Assembly (NCBI GenBank): GCA_050575255.1
Contig: JBNZDD010013596.1
Span: forward strand, 1,192,440 to 1,256,439
Origin: Harriotta raleighana
Taxonomy: Eukaryota
DNA length: 64,000 nucleotides
Reading direction: 5' to 3'
A program made the translations under genes and the position numbers. The notes under the pieces are model-generated. The model saw only the letters and a list, made by a program, of their open reading frames with translations. It did no database searches and had not been told where the DNA came from. Below are positions 38,101-52,353 of the stretch, piece after piece. Each line of letters starts with the position of its first letter. The first letter of the stretch is position 1.

Positions 38101-40694
38101 ATGTTCAGTATACAAATGGTTTAATAAAGAATATGTGGATATCTGATGATGATATAAAGTATGTCATTCATGACATTAAAACCTGTAGCATTCTGTGTCA
38201 TGCAATCATGTGTTTTGGATGGACCTTCTCCATTTCAGGATTCCCATGTTAATTCCTTATAGGGTACATAGTTGGTACTTTTTATGATACCAAAATGGAG
38301 AGTCCAGTTACAATAAGACTGTAATCAGATGTGCCTGTTGTAATATAACATCTTATCACATCAAAACATCTCAAAACACTTCATCAAGTTTTCTGCAAGG
38401 TGGAGCAGCCAATTTGCACATAGCAATGTTTCTCAAACAACAAGTGAAGAAACCATATTTTTAATCTGTGGGATTATTGGCCAGGATACTTTTTCCAATA
38501 GGATAATCCTTCTGATCAGGCAATTGAATCTTTGGTTTTAATGTCTCATTTGAGGGATGGCAATTTGACGACAATGTTTTCCCTCAACACTGTTGAGACT
38601 GAGTTCAAAACACAAGTTTCTGAATCAGAAGCAGGAATGTTAACATCTGAGCCAACCTGACACCTAGTTTAATATCAATTCAGTGAAGGTAAACCACAAG
38701 AGTGAAATGTGTGATTAATTGTCACCACTGAAGTTTGCAATTAGATTCCTCTCTTAAATTGATTTAATATTTAATACAGTAATAACAGTATTTGGAAGAT
38801 GGATTAGCTATTAGAATATTAGCAGTGACTGGTATATTTATTGTGGTTGGCCCGGAACAACCATTTAACATAAACCGTCTGTTTTGCTGATCTTTTCTTG
38901 GATTTGTCGAGTTTCAGGATTTGCAATTAATTGTTTTACAAATCTCGCAATTCAAATGCCTTCGAAATTCGCAAAATTGTATTCAACTCAAAAACAGTCT
39001 GCGAATATGGTAAATTCAACTACAGAGTGGTTTTGGGATTGCAATTGTGTCAAATATTTTCACAATAGATGCTTTCAACCTAGCAGTGGAAGACATTCAA
39101 CCTATCAGCCTGGACTGGATACAAACCAGGTTTAAGGGTGGAAGGCAAATGGATCATTTGCTATCTGACAAGACCAGCTTTGCAATCAGATAGATTTATA
39201 TCAATTTAAATAGTGATTAATAATGAATAAGAATGTTATCAATATCCACTTATATTTTATTTATGGAATCAACCATTCTGACTACTGCACTGTGTAAAAT
39301 GTGCAACAGTGGTGGTATGACAAGTGGATTCACTTCCTTTCCTGAAAGTTTATTCTTCATTTGGAATACAGTAAGTAGTACTGTTTTCAGTGCTCAGTAA
39401 CATTTCAGGGTAAACATGTGTAAAGAGGAATGACTATGCTAATACCCATGTGCAGGATCTTTGTTGTACTGGATAGAGATGTTATCCAGCAATGGATAGT
39501 GTTTCCGAATAAACCCAAATGGGTTCTTGAATAGACCAAGATGCAGTATCCATTTGGGAAATATAAAATTATGTGCTGTAAATAATCAAACCGCAGTCAT
39601 TGAGGAGTTAATGTCTGCAGTAATCAGTGATTTAAATTATTATTTAAAAAAATTTATTTGAATTAATTGATTAATTCCCTCTGCTCAGTCAATACTGGCT
39701 GCTTCACATCCCGTGCCTATTCCGTCTCACCACCAGTGGGCAAGCCTAGAGCCACTCTATTGTCACTTTACCCTCCCAGAGTCACTTTACCTTGCCCCCT
39801 TGCTTGCTGTCTTCAAAACTCACTTTAACAACTAGCCCTTTGATCTTGCTATTGAACACCTTTCTCGTATCAATTTCCCCACATCTCCAGTTCTTGATCA
39901 GTGGTGAGAATTATTTAAAGCGCCCCTTGGAACACACTGTTGTAATATAATGTCATTTACATCTAAAAGCTCTGCATTAGCCATTATCAGCCTCTTGAGT
40001 GTAGATCCACTATAGTGCAGTTTACAAAATATTGCACAGGAGCAAGGCATAATTGGCCACACAATAAGTTTAGAAAATGTATAGGTGAGTTGTTCGATGA
40101 ACAGGAATTGTGGAATTGCACCAATATTGCTTTTCCCAATTATTTTTCTTTTTTCTAAAGTTTAGGTAATTCCTGGCAATAACTGGAAAGAAGTTTTTTG
40201 CTGTAATTGAACCCAACAAAATACTGTACATACTGTACTATCTCTCGGACAACTAGAGACAGATAATTTCAAATCAGCAAATTTGCTTTTAGAAGAATCA
40301 TTGAAAACTGCTTTTCAGCATTTCATTATTAATTTCTGAACAGAATAGAATATATATTCAAATAATATTTATATTCATAATACACTTATCAATTGTCTAA
40401 TGTCCACCACCCCACTTAGCCTTCCCTCCCCCACCCTGAATCCAACCCTCAGTTTAGGTGAAAAGCTTCAACTGAGTAACTTGGGATGTCCTCCAGACAT
40501 GAAAGGCAAGGTTTAGACCGCGGACTGTCAGATATCACAGTATTTCATCCACAAAATATACAGTTAATTCACTTTATAGATATTTTGTGAGTTGCTTTGA
40601 GACATCTTGAAGATGCGATAAAGCGCTATATCAAAATGCAAGGATTATTATTTACAATAAAAAATGCAGCTCTGAAAACTGCCAGTAGAATCCT

Positions 40695-40700
40695 TTTAAT
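40695..40700 (-). terminator. ATTAAA poly(A) signal of NT5C1 last-exon copy C
   Basis: TTTAAT in context TTTTAATTGTCATTG, homologous to the copy A and B signals; about 50 nt past the stop. Confidence 0.6.
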
Positions 40701-40750
40701 TGTCATTGTTACAGACACTGTGCATTCTTATAGGTTACAGAAGATACTTT

Positions 40751-41068
40751 TTAAACACTAGTACATTTTAAATTGTTAGATAGTAAAACTTTCCGTGAAG
40801 TGATACAAGATAAGGCCAAGTTCCCATCAAAGAAAATATGAGGGTGCATTGCTTCTAAAACTGGTTGTTTCGGTGAACCAGCCAAGAAGAGAGTTTGATT
40901 AATCTCCAGGCCACGATCGTGAATTTCCTTCAAAACTTTCTCTACTTTGCTTGCAGGACCTCTTTCTGTGATTAAGTATGTTCGGATGGGACATTCCAAA
41001 CGTTGATTTTTGTCAAAGAATTTTCTCTGGATCTTTCCCAGGATTTCTATAAATTCTTTGATATGGTT
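40751..41068 (-). CDS. NT5C1B: Cytosolic 5'-nucleotidase I (NT5C1B-like) last exon, divergent copy C (105 aa + stop)
   Basis: Acceptor cctgtttcacaaacag|AAC; LGKIQRKFFDKNQRLECPIRTYLITER...GLEINQTLFLAGSPK...PHIFFDG aligns with the NT5C1A/B final exon; adjacent to RDH14 as in other vertebrates. Confidence 0.78.
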   Translation of the reverse strand, partial: NHIKEFIEILGKIQRKFFDKNQRLECPIRTYLITERGPASKVEKVLKEIHDRGLEINQTLFLAGSPKQPVLEAMHPHIFFDGNLALSCITSRKVLLSNNLKCTSV

Positions 41069-43431
41069 CTGTTTGTGAAACAGGTAAATTACAACTTCAG
41101 AAATAGTTGCTGTTTGATATCTCACACATTTAATATGTTAATATTTTCATACTTTGTCATTTCAGACTATTAAGGCCTAGTGGCTAGTTCAAAGAAATAC
41201 TGTAGTGAGCTCTCTTCATCTTTCAGTTGTGCTTAAACCAATGTCTGGTATATTATCAGCAGTTCCTGGCTCAGGAACTGGAGTATTGAGACCACCACAG
41301 AGGATTGCCTCCATGCTGATATTACGTTGTCAAACAAGTCACCTTGGCATCAGTTCAGTTCCAATGAGATCCAGATTACCTTCCCTTTCCCTCCAGATGT
41401 TAGTCACTTATAGGTCATTTGCTATCTGATACCTGCTATTTGATCCTTGCAAACGTCTTCATAAAATATTACTGAGAGATGTAGTATAAAAACACATCTG
41501 AGAGGGAATGAACTATCATGAATATAACGTTTAGAGTCACTATTATTTTGCTGGAAGAGCTTATTGTAACACCGTCTGATCATTAAGCATTTAGTGAAAT
41601 GATAGACTGAAAATTGTGCAGTTCATGTGAAAATTACCACCTGTACTTATTCTCACATTGTTGAAAACTATAGCTGTGGCCAGTCGATATTTACCCACTT
41701 ATTGGGTCATAGGCAAGATAGTGAACTCCTGATTGACATTGTTACCATCCTTCTGTAAACCTAAAAAGGCTCATTTTACGGTGTGTAACCAGTTGAAGTG
41801 CTTTGAGACATCCCTCTGACATGAAAGGCATTACAGAAAGGGTGTTAATAAGATTATAGCGGAACTACATTTTATTTGTTAAAATTCAGCACATAATAAT
41901 TTCTTATACTGATGTTGCTCCTTATCGGATAGTTGTAATGTCTTAAAGCACCTCGCCAGAATTATTGTAAAATGTAGTGACTGTGTATTAGCAGGCAGAT
42001 TTGTACAGAGCAATATCTCACAAACAGACATGAGCAATCTTATCTGAGGATTTTTTGACCAAGCCAGGAAATCAGGAAATCTATCTGTTGCACATGATTT
42101 GGGATATTTTCTTCATGTTTGATCTTTAGCAATGAAGATATTGGAAAGTAGGAAGCTGAACTGACCTAAAGATGTAGCATTGTGAATTTACTCAAATTCA
42201 TACAGTATGTCTCTCGCTGCAGTTGAACATCATAATACAGGTAAGGGAGTTCCTGTTTTTTTATCTTTCAAATTCATGCACTGGATCGGTTATAAATATT
42301 AGTCAATTTACAGAAGTTTTTCAATTTTGTCCATTAGATGGAAATGCCTTCCCTGGTTTTGCACCAGAACAAAAACCTTTTAAAGCAAAATGATCCAGAA
42401 ATGTAGCATTGATGGAAAACAAAACATTTATTTTGTGCTGTTGACCTTCTAACATACTCACTAATATTCAGAGCCTAACCTCTTAATATAATTAATATCA
42501 TATTTGACAAGGATACAAAACTCTGAGCTTGGGATAACAAAATATTGTTACTAAATACATAATATATTCAAATCTACATTTACTTATAAAATATAGCAGA
42601 GTCTATGATTCTCTGTCTGCTAATAGGTACAAACTAAAATATACAAAGTTTAACCTTAAAAGTAACTATTGGTTAGACAATAAATCAGATGTTTGGCTAA
42701 ATACACCAGTATATTGTTCCGAGCACGACAACATTGAAGATGAAAAGACAGACATTTTGTTGCAAAACTATTAGCTAAAACAAATTAGACATTTGACCAG
42801 TTGAAAAAATAAGATTTTATTTTTTATTGGAAAACCTTTGAAGAACATAAATAGATACAGAGTAATATGATACATTTCTCTGCACTCAGTGACAGCTCAT
42901 CATTCTTGCTTTGGATAAAACAGTATTTGCAAAAATTGAGATGTGTAAACAGGACAGAATGCCAGGAGATTGTTTTTAATATCATGTCAAAACATCGCTG
43001 TGTTTCACAGTTTTGCTGCAAAGTACAGTAACTGTATATTTGGAGGCTAATGTGACAGCCAAGTTGTACACAAAATGTTACACAAATAACAACAACTTGC
43101 ACAAACAGATATTAAGTGAATGCGTAATGTTACTGGCAACAATGGACAAATTGTTCATGTTACAGCTATGTTTAAGAGTTTCTCCTTCTCAGAGCCTGGA
43201 GATAAAATGTTCATGCAAACCCATATAAAATAGCCATTTGAAGACTTTGTTAAAATTAATGAAGATCAACTTTTATCACTTTTTGCAACACTGAAACATG
43301 AGTATTTGAATCCCCCGGGGCAGCCAAGCAGTTGGTAATAAAGAGGACCATTCAGAATATCACAAGAGTGAGTGATTTTAGAAAGACATTTTCTACCTGA
43401 ATGCATAGATATATAGGCCATTAGTGGGCAT

Positions 43432-43610
43432 AATAATAATCCTTGCATTTTAATATAGAGCTTTTCACATCTTATCGACATCTCAATATACTGAAAAGTG
43501 AATTGACTGTATATTTGTGGGCGAAACACAGCAGTCAATTGCACACAAACAGTCATGGATTGAAATGAGCAATTTTATTATTGTGGGTTTTTTGGAGGGA
43601 TTATTAATAC
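43432..43610 (-). mobile_element. tRNA-derived SINE 3' half
   Basis: Family tail and core in reverse complement. Confidence 0.8.
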
Positions 43611-43732
43611 AATCTTACAAGAGAGGGTAAGCATACCAAAAGACATCTCAAAGTGCTTCACATCAAAGGCATTTGCCTATGTATTTTTAGGCACACATTT
43701 TGAACAGCAGTGTCCCACAAACAGCCATGGTT

Positions 43733-44410
43733 TCATAGATTATACAGCTCAGAAATGGGTTATTTGACCCATCCAGAGGGCTGATATTTATACTCCACAT
43801 GGAGTATCTATTCAAGACACCCTCTCCCTGGTCCAATATCCCAGCTTTTCTTCACATCCCTCAAAATTGTTCTCCCTTAACTGTGTCCAGGATTTTCTTG
43901 AATGGCTACCAATGTATGCTTGAAAACATTTTTGCTCGTCTTTGTTCTGGATCTCCTTGTTCTGATTCTAAAACTATACCCTCTGGTTCTAGATCCCAAA
44001 GTTATCAGAAATTATCTTTCCCATCATTTTATATATTGTAGCTCTAAAATACCCCTCACACCCTTCTCAGCGCCAAAGAAAAAAAGTTTTCCCAATTTAT
44101 AAGCCTTTTCTAATAGCTGTCTTTCCTCATTCCAGGCAACATCCTAGTGAACCTTCACTGTACTGCCTCCATTACCTTAACATCCTTCTTATAATGAAGA
44201 GCTGAAAATTACAGACACAATGAATTGCCTATGACTAAGTGTGGCAGTATGACCTCCTTATTCTTACACTGTATTATCTTAGCCATATACATTATCAATT
44301 GTGTTTTTTAATGACCTTATGCACCTGGTTTTCTGCCTTCAGTGACCAATGATTCTGCACTTCTAGATCTCCCTGTTCTTCTACCCTTTTAAGATTTGCC
44401 CCTTTAAGTT
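43733..44410 (-). mobile_element. CR1 LINE 3' fragment
   Basis: CATAGATTATACAGCTCAGAAATGGG terminus; ATTCCAGGCAACATCCTAGTGAACCTTCACTG internal CR1-type sequence. Confidence 0.7.
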
Positions 44411-44420
44411 ATAAGGTATG

Positions 44421-44838
44421 TGGAGTCCTGAAGCTCAGTGGTTAGAGCACTCGCTTTGCAAGCGAGAGAGCTGGGTTCAATTCTAGGAAGGGCAAAATCT
44501 TGGGCATGTTTCCTTACTTCCTTACTTATGCCTGGTAATTATTTACACCTGGTAATAAATAATTCCTTGACAACAAAAACAATAATAAATTGGTGATTTC
44601 AATACACGACTGTTTGTGGGACACCGCTGTGCACAATTGGCTGCCGCGTTTTGTCCACAAATATACACTTTACAGTATATTCTGTGAAGTGCTTTGAGAC
44701 AAGAACAACAACTTCAATTTATATAGCGCCCTCCACGCCGAACGGCGTCTCAGAGCACTTCACAACAAGGGAACAGATCAACAAGAGACATCTAGGAGAC
44801 ATGAAAATCGCTATATTAAATGCAAAGATTATTATTAT
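44421..44838 (+). mobile_element. Full-length tRNA-derived SINE with an inverted L2-tail insertion at about 44700-44785
   Basis: A box AGCTCAGTGGTTAGAGC, B box GGTTCAATTC, core, tail ATGCAAAGATTATTATT. Confidence 0.88.
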
Positions 44839-45341
44839 AGGTTCTTCCTATGTTTTTGCTCTTGACTGAGCCACACTGACACTATTGGCTGAATGGCATT
44901 CCTCTGTGTTATGAATTTCAATGGCTCTTGGGCTGTTTTCATCAGATACTGTTGTGTGTTAACCTGGCTCAGCTGAACTGTTCTCACCTCTGTGTCAGAA
45001 AGTTGTGGGTTTAAACCCCACGTGGAACTCATATAGTCTAAGATGATTCTCCAATATAGTACTGTGGGTGAATTTCATTTTTGTAAGTGTTGATCTTTAG
45101 ATGAAATATTAAACCTAGAACCTTATCTACCTGTTCAGGTGAACAATAAAGCTCGACTGCCACATTCACTCACAACATACACAGATCTAAATATACTAAT
45201 GTTATAACTATGGCCAGTACAAGATAATATTAGGTGCTTTAACAAAATGTAGATTCCTGTCTAGGCTTTTTCCCTTTAAAGATACCAGGCATATAATACT
45301 TAGAACCAATTACATAGTTGGGAAATGTCTGTGATGTTTCT

Positions 45342-45347
45342 TTTAAT
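45342..45347 (-). terminator. ATTAAA poly(A) signal of NT5C1 last-exon copy B
   Basis: TTTAAT in context TTTTAATCGTCCTTGA; about 35 nt past the stop. Confidence 0.6.
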
Positions 45348-45381
45348 CGTCCTTGACATTTACAGCTTGCATTGTCATTCA

Positions 45382-45720
45382 CTACAGAAGGCATTGATTT
45401 AGCAATTGGCATTTACCCTGAGCGTGTGATGGTGCTTCTTGGTGATGAATAATTTGATCAGGTGGGAACATCTGTCGATTCAACAGAATATGAGGTTGTA
45501 TTTTTTTGAGGATTGAAGTTTTCATTGAGCCAACGAGGAAGAGTGCTTCATCAATCTCAAGTCCCCAGTTCTGAATTTTCTTCAAAGCTTTTATTCCAAT
45601 ACTTGCAGGACCGTCTACCATGATTAGATACGTCCGGACAGGGCAATTCAAGCGTTCAGCTTTGGCAAAAAATTTTCTTTGGACTCTTCCCAGTAGTGCC
45701 AGAAATTCTCTCATGCAGAT
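45382..45720 (-). CDS. NT5C1B: Cytosolic 5'-nucleotidase I (NT5C1B-like) last exon, divergent copy B (112 aa + stop)
   Basis: Acceptor cctgtttcacaaacag|ATC; LGRVQRKFFAKAERLNCPVRTYL...WGLEIDEALFLVG...KIQPHI; motif IV FFDD replaced by LLNR. Confidence 0.78.
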   Translation of the reverse strand: MCMREFLALLGRVQRKFFAKAERLNCPVRTYLIMVDGPASIGIKALKKIQNWGLEIDEALFLVGSMKTSILKKIQPHILLNRQMFPPDQIIHHQEAPSHAQGKCQLLNQCLL

Positions 45721-46649
45721 CTGTTTGTGAAACAGGTCAATTACATCTTCAGGAACAACTACCGTATAATACTTCCTAAAATCTTAAAATGCCTGCTACG
45801 TTTGCACTGTGTACTTTCAGAATGCTAGTCACGATCAAATCCATAATCAATGAAAAGGTGTATAAACAGAGGCAGTAAAATTTGTCACAATGTGGTCCTT
45901 CAGCTTCAAAAATGAGCCATTAACGCAATTTGAAAATTTTTCAAATTCCTCAAGATAACATTAGAATTATGCAGGCAGTTTCTGCCAATGAATGACCTGT
46001 GTTCCACGGTTCAAGTATTATTAGATTTAGAGAGACAGAAAACAAATCCAATGTGGAATTACATGGGCCACTTCAATAGCATATCCCTGCCTGAAATTGC
46101 TCCTGTGTTTAATCATTTATTAGCAATTTACAGTGAAACAATAGAAATTGAGTCCAAATTTCTGATACTTATTACCAAAAAAATTGGACAAGCACATAAA
46201 GGGGATCAGGTAGTACAGGAAAGAACAGAGAGTCAGTATCAGGAGGGATAGCATCCTAGAGGAGCAAACACCGACATATAAAAGGGGTGATTGGTCTTCT
46301 ACTGTTTGCTATTATCCCTCCCCCTGCCCTGTCCCCAGCTCGGGTCTGAAGCAGTAACTGTCCAGCTCCTTGGGACGTCCTCCTGATGTGAAAGTGTAAT
46401 TTTCTTGTTTTTGTTAGGTTTTGGAATCCAGAAAATACTCTATCATTATTTCATCTAATAATAATATTAATCTAAATACTAAATAGAAACAATCAAATAA
46501 CATCACTAATAATAACAAATCCCGAAGATTATTTGAGATATGACTCATGATGATCAGAAAATCAAATTAAATTATAATTAGTGTTATTGAGCTCCTCATG
46601 GTGCTCACTTATCCTACCCATGATTGCCACTAACCAGTTGCCTGGCTGA

Positions 46650-47075
46650 AAATAATAATATTCCTTACATTTTTATATAGAGCCTTATCATGGATTCAAG
46701 ACATCTCAAAGCGCTTCATAGAATATACTGCAAAGTGAATTGACTATATTTTGTGGACAAAATGCAGCAACCAATTACACACAGCAGTGTCCCACAAAAG
46801 TCATAGATTGAGTGACCAAATTATTCTTATAATTATTTATATATTTATATACGAGATAAATGAAGCTTAGGCATATATGTCTGTGAGTTAGAGGTGAGCA
46901 TTCCTCTCCTTTTCCATTTGTATTTCTTAATGTATTCAAGCGGATAAAATAATAAGAATGCTTGCATTTGATATAGTGTCTTATTATGTTGTCGAGATAT
47001 CTCAAAGCGCTTCATACTATATACAGTACTGTAAAGTAGATTAACTGCATTTTGTGAGAAAAATGCACACAGCAA
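46650..47075 (-). mobile_element. Two SINE 3' fragments
   Basis: TCTCAAAGCGCTTCATA tails at about 46704 and 47000. Confidence 0.75.
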
Positions 47076-48302
47076 AATGACTACAATGATTTATTTATAC
47101 TTAAAAATTTACACTTTTAAGAACCGATGAAGCACTAGCTTCACAATCAACAAATGCATTGTCAGAAGCCTTATTTTTTAATGTATAGATAAAAGGTTTT
47201 CCCAAATACAAAGCTCTGCAATATAGAATTCATGAAGATATCCCTACCCACCCCCACCCACCGCAATTCAACAACCTGTTAAAATCTTACTAACTTCCTG
47301 ATCCCTCCCTTCGGTACGCAATGGCCTGCTCTATGTCTCCCTTCCCTTCCACCATCGGTGGTCGGGTTTTCATGCTTTCTGACCCCACCATCTGGAACTC
47401 CATCCTGGAGCCCCTCCACATTACCCCCTCCTTTTTCCTTTGCCTCCTTCAAGGCTGTCTCAACATCTTCCTCTTTGACCTTCAGACATTCTATATCAAT
47501 AAATATCTCTGGAATTTTCTTGTATAGGTGGAATGCATGAAATTCTCCAGTTGGTTTGGATACTCTTTAACATGGTGATGGGTTTCCACAAGTGTCAGAC
47601 TCCCGGCTGACCAAAAATAAGGGGATGTAATAGGCATTAAGCTTGGGGTAATATTATTGCAAGATTTGGGGTTTCATTTTCAGCTTTTCTTAACTGGATT
47701 CTTTATTAAGGACTTCCTTTTGATATGTGGAAATTCTGCTCCAGATGTAAATTATGTTGCAGTGGAGTTGATGCGGTAACCTACAAAAATAATAATAATA
47801 ATCCTTGTATTTGATATAGCACCTTATCACATCTTCGAGATGTCTCAAAGCTCTACACAGAATATACTGTAAAGTGAATTGACTATATTTTGTGGGTGAA
47901 ATTCTGTTATTGGAAATAATTCCCATTTAATTGAGTCAGATTCCTTACTAAGGAACACTATTATGAAACAGTCTAAATGTGCCCCTTTGTGCTTTTCACT
48001 TGTATTGTCAGTATTGCAGCAGAATTGAAAGAATCAACACTTTTGAAAGCCAGATGAATTGGTGAAACTCTTTCAGGTTCAATGTTATCTTTTTGACGTG
48101 TGGCCTCTGGAAATCCTTCGCTCGACCCCTCAGTCTTGCTCTCTCTCTATCCACCTTTCAATCCTATCTTAAAAACTATCACTTCACCAACATCTATGGT
48201 CATCTCCCCCTTCCCTCCACTTGCTATCCTTGCCTGCCACTGTATGGTGCTCTGACTTTAATCTACATGAAGAATGCACAAATTCTTATTGTTCTTATAA
48301 TG

Positions 48303-48900
48303 CAACAACATCAAAATTACACTCGTATAGCACCTTTCATGTCAGGAGGACGTCCCAAGGTGCTGGACAGTCATTGTTTCAGACCTGTGCTGAGAACGGC
48401 ACCAGGGAAGGTGGAAGGAAAGGGGGAGATTTGTTGTCACCAATGAGACTGTCAAACAGGAGGGTCTTGAGGTGGGATTTGACAGAGGGCAGGGAGGGCG
48501 AGGCGGAGAGACTGCGGGATGGAGTTCCAGAGGCTGAAGCTCTCCTGCCAATGGTGGGGTGTGTGAGTCAGGGGGACGTAGATCAGACTGGCGACTGCTG
48601 AGAGGAGGAGCTGGGCAGATTGGTAGGGGCTTAGAAGGTCACAGGAGTAGGTTGGGCGAGGTCATGGAGGGCTTTGAATGTGAGGACCAGGATTTTGAAT
48701 TGGATCCTCTGGGTGATGGAGAGCCAATGGAGTCGGGTGAGGATGGGGAAGATGGGAGTCACGAAGCTTGGAACCTTGGAACCAGGACATGGGCCGCAGA
48801 GTTCTGGATTATCTGCAACCTATGGAGGGAGGAATTGGGAAGGCCGACTAGCCGGGGATTGGCATAGTCGAGCCAGGATGCATCTGGCATGGTGTGCATG
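48303..48900 (-). mobile_element. L2 LINE 3' fragment
   Basis: LDYANPRLVGLPNSSLHRLQIIQNSAA on the minus strand; tail reverse complement TATAGCACCTTTCATGTCAGGAGGACGTCCCAAGG. Confidence 0.85.
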
Positions 48901-50299
48901 ATGGAGAATCTGAAATTGAGGAGCTGAGGGAGGCTGTGGAATGGACCAGCACATATAGAAGTTGGGGCAGTTGGAGGGAGAGTAGGGCTGACCATGAGTA
49001 GTGGAGAATTGGGGACAGGGACGGGAGCATATTAGGGAAGTAGCTCAGGTCAATTGCATATGGATACTTGCAAATTTCTCCTTGAGTCTCTGAATTATCA
49101 AAATTTATCCTCTGAATATGGGATCAAAGCTTATTTTCAATAAAATTAATTTTAGGAATTTACCATTCCGTTCAATCAAGTCCATTGCTTGTATACAGTT
49201 CTAATATGTGGCCAGAGTTACTTTTATAATAATAGTAATCCTTGCATTTATATGATATTGGGAAGGTATTAGTGGAATATATTTCCCCAACGAAATTCCC
49301 TTCAATATTTGATTAGAAAATAATCTTCCATAGTAGCAATATATTTTTTGCCAGCATATTGCAATCATTTATTAAATAGTAACATTAACAATCTGACTTT
49401 ACCCTAATACACAGCCGAGGTTGGTGAATATTGTCAAGGTTATTACACTTGTGGCATGAGGAATGCTATGCTCTTCCCACCCTCTTCAACTACACTGGAT
49501 AACATCAATCATTAGGATGACATGAATCCAAAGCTCCCTCTGGGGCTATAATTTAAGACTACTAAGAACTTAAAACAGTTATCTGTTATCTTATTCCATG
49601 GCACAATACAAACATTCATTGGTGTGTTTTGCTATAGTTGAAGGTCAAGTTCGTCTAAACCCCATTCACACAGATGATTATGTGTATATTAATGTAATTT
49701 AAAAATCTACTCTCAAAGCACTATGGAAGTCTGGAACTGTTCTTTACCGTATAATTCAGTCATTGTATATCTTTGGTAGTTTAAAAGACATATGCATTGA
49801 AGCGGAGGATGTACAAAGATTGTGGCAACAGAGACAAGAAAAGGCAAAAAAGAGATTGAAGACTTGGTAAAGAAAGGCCAAAGAAAAAAACAAGGAAGGA
49901 TTGATAGGCAAGAATCTTATGAAAGGTAAAGTTGTAAGATATATGTGAAGTGTATAGAAAAGAGGGTCTATGTTGCAAAGCTGTTGATAATGAGATTGTG
50001 CAAAATATTCTTAGCAATCATGGAGACCTTCAAGGTATAGAGTTCCATGTCATCTTCAGAGATCAATGAGAGCCAACCCTTGAGGACTTAGTGTAACAAT
50101 GTGAAGTTTATTTCCAAATAAGTCATTTAAAGAGAACAACAGGACTAATCCATCTTTGGAAAACATTAGTTTTCTGTATAAATACCAATTCTTCAATGAA
50201 CGAGCAGATTAACCAAAAATGCCTAAAACTACACATCTAGTGAAGGTTATTGGAGGTTGTGACAATAACTCCAAATGGCTCTGCAAACAATGTCTGTGA

Positions 50300-50626
50300 G
50301 AATAATAATAATAATCCTTGCATTTTGATATAGAGCTTTTCACATCTTATCAACGTTTCAAAGTGCTTCACAGAATGTATTGTAAAATGAATTGATTGTA
50401 TATTTGTGGGCGAAATACGGCAGCCAATTGCGCACAGCACTGTCCCATAAACAGTTATGGATTGAAAGTGACCGATTTTTATTCTTGTGTTTTTTTTTGA
50501 GGGATTATTACTGGGCATGTGGAGTAAGGAAACTTGCCCAAGGTTTCACCCTGATCTGCCTGGATTCAAACACAGGTCTCATGCTTGTAAGGCGAGTGCT
50601 TTAGCCTCTGAGCTACAGAAACTCCA
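50300..50626 (-). mobile_element. Full-length tRNA-derived SINE
   Basis: (AAT)n tail, core and tRNA head reverse complement ...GAGCTACAGAAACTCCA. Confidence 0.88.
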
Positions 50627-51894
50627 TAACCAGAAGAAAAGTGTGCAGGGAAATCTGATATGTGTTGCATCTATATTTGTTTTGATATTAAGAGTACAAT
50701 ACATTGCAGCAGAAGTGGTGAGCTACATGTATTTATACATTGTGAAAAATCCAGTTGTAATATGGTAATAGTAGGCTTATCCTCATATCATGGGCATTGC
50801 AAACAGTTTTTATATTCATGTGTCCCAAGTTTATATTTTTACTCATTTTCTCCTTTTGTTTCAAAATCCATATGTGTTCTTTGCTCTAACAGGTGCTGAG
50901 CCAGTTTAGTGAAGGCTAGTCTTCTTACCTTTAATGTTACTACCACAGGCACAGTGGATGTGCCAAATTACCAAAGTGTAACCAACCCTATCAGTGGGGC
51001 TCTGAGAAAGGTTCACCACTGTTTCAGCCTCCCATGATGAAACAATTGTAGCAAAATCATATACTGGTAATCTGAGTTAGAAGCATAGCTTTCCTTGCTT
51101 GAACATTGGTGGATTACACTCTTAGAATTTTTAAAATTCAAAAGGAGATTCAGCCAGTGATAGTATCGGTTCTGCCAGCTGTAACTTGTGCCTAGGTGAA
51201 ACCTGCTATCTGATCATAATCTTGTTGCTTTGACCATTGTCGTTTGTACCAGGTAAAGCATGATGTAGTGGTTCATCTTTGTTTACGTGATTTCTGTTAC
51301 CTTCTGACTTAGTTAATAACACCCAGGCCTGAACACTTCCAGAAATATAGAAATGCCGCTCTTATGAATCATGGCCACCAACACTAGCAGAATCATCTTG
51401 GTTTGAAATCCAGCTACAAATATGGGCAACCATGAACTATTCCATCAATCTGTTATTGTACACATGACTCACTGGATAGCAGCAAAGCCATTGGCAGAGA
51501 TACTGGTAGTCTCATTCCCATGTTATTATCCCATCTTCATCTGACACTGCCAAAATCACAATGCTCCATTGCTTCCCAAAGAAAATCAGCTTCTGAAAAC
51601 GGCTAACAATATCATGTTTGTTGTCCCACTCCATGAAGAATTCCTCATTTCCACAAGTCAGATCTGCAAATGTCACTCATTTTATTGTTTGCCAACATAA
51701 TAACTCATGCAAATGATCTTCTTGTTTTGACCGAAATCCTGTCCACACCTTTTCGTGACTTTACATGGGAAACATGACTTGATTATAGTTTCATTACTTT
51801 ATCAACTAACTATGGAAAATGTCTTGTCTGCTGTTTAACTCCTGCCACCAGGTGACTATTAGCTGTATAATTTCATTCAAATTCGGAGTATATA

Positions 51895-52300
51895 ATGGAT
51901 CAGTTGGTAGAACACTTGCCTTTGAGTCGAAAGGTTGAGGATTTAAGCCACCGATTAGGAATTTGAATTTACGTAGTCTAGGCAGACACTTCAGTCAAGT
52001 GCTGGGGTTGTGCAGAATTGTTGAAGGCCCTTCATTAAACTGAGATGTGTCTGCCTGTTCCAGTGAACTTTGAAAATCCCATAACAATATTTGAAAAGAA
52101 AAGAGCATTTCTACCAGTGTCCTGTCCAATTGGACAAAACAGAATATCATTCATTTCATGACTGTGGGACATTGCTAGAGGAAAATTAATTGCTATATTT
52201 TCCTACAAATATACTGTAACTACACCTTACAGAACCCCAAAAACTGTGAAGTACTTTAGTCTTTTCAACATGATAATATCATATGCAAGGATAATTATAG
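51895..52300 (+). mobile_element. Old Deu-domain SINE
   Basis: TCAGTTGGTAGAACACTTGCCTTTGAGTC head; TGTCTGCCTGTTCCAGTG; CCAGTGTCCTG. Confidence 0.7.
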
Positions 52301-52353
52301 TATTGTCCAAATTAATTCATGAATAAAGTGATAATGGAGCTGTCTCCTCAACA

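Noticed and set aside
41069-41125. ORF-track N-terminus MRYQTATISEVVIYLFHKQ of copy C
   Set aside because: It is translated intron upstream of the conserved acceptor and begins at a non-ATG codon
44421-44495. tRNA genes (also about 63890-63960, 50560-50626, 23161-23210)
   Set aside because: The A/B-box heads run directly into the SINE core, so they are SINE 5' ends
40751-45720. Copies B and C as processed pseudogenes
   Set aside because: Homology starts exactly at an intron-exon boundary with retained intronic sequence, and the frames are intact, which points to DNA-level exon duplication
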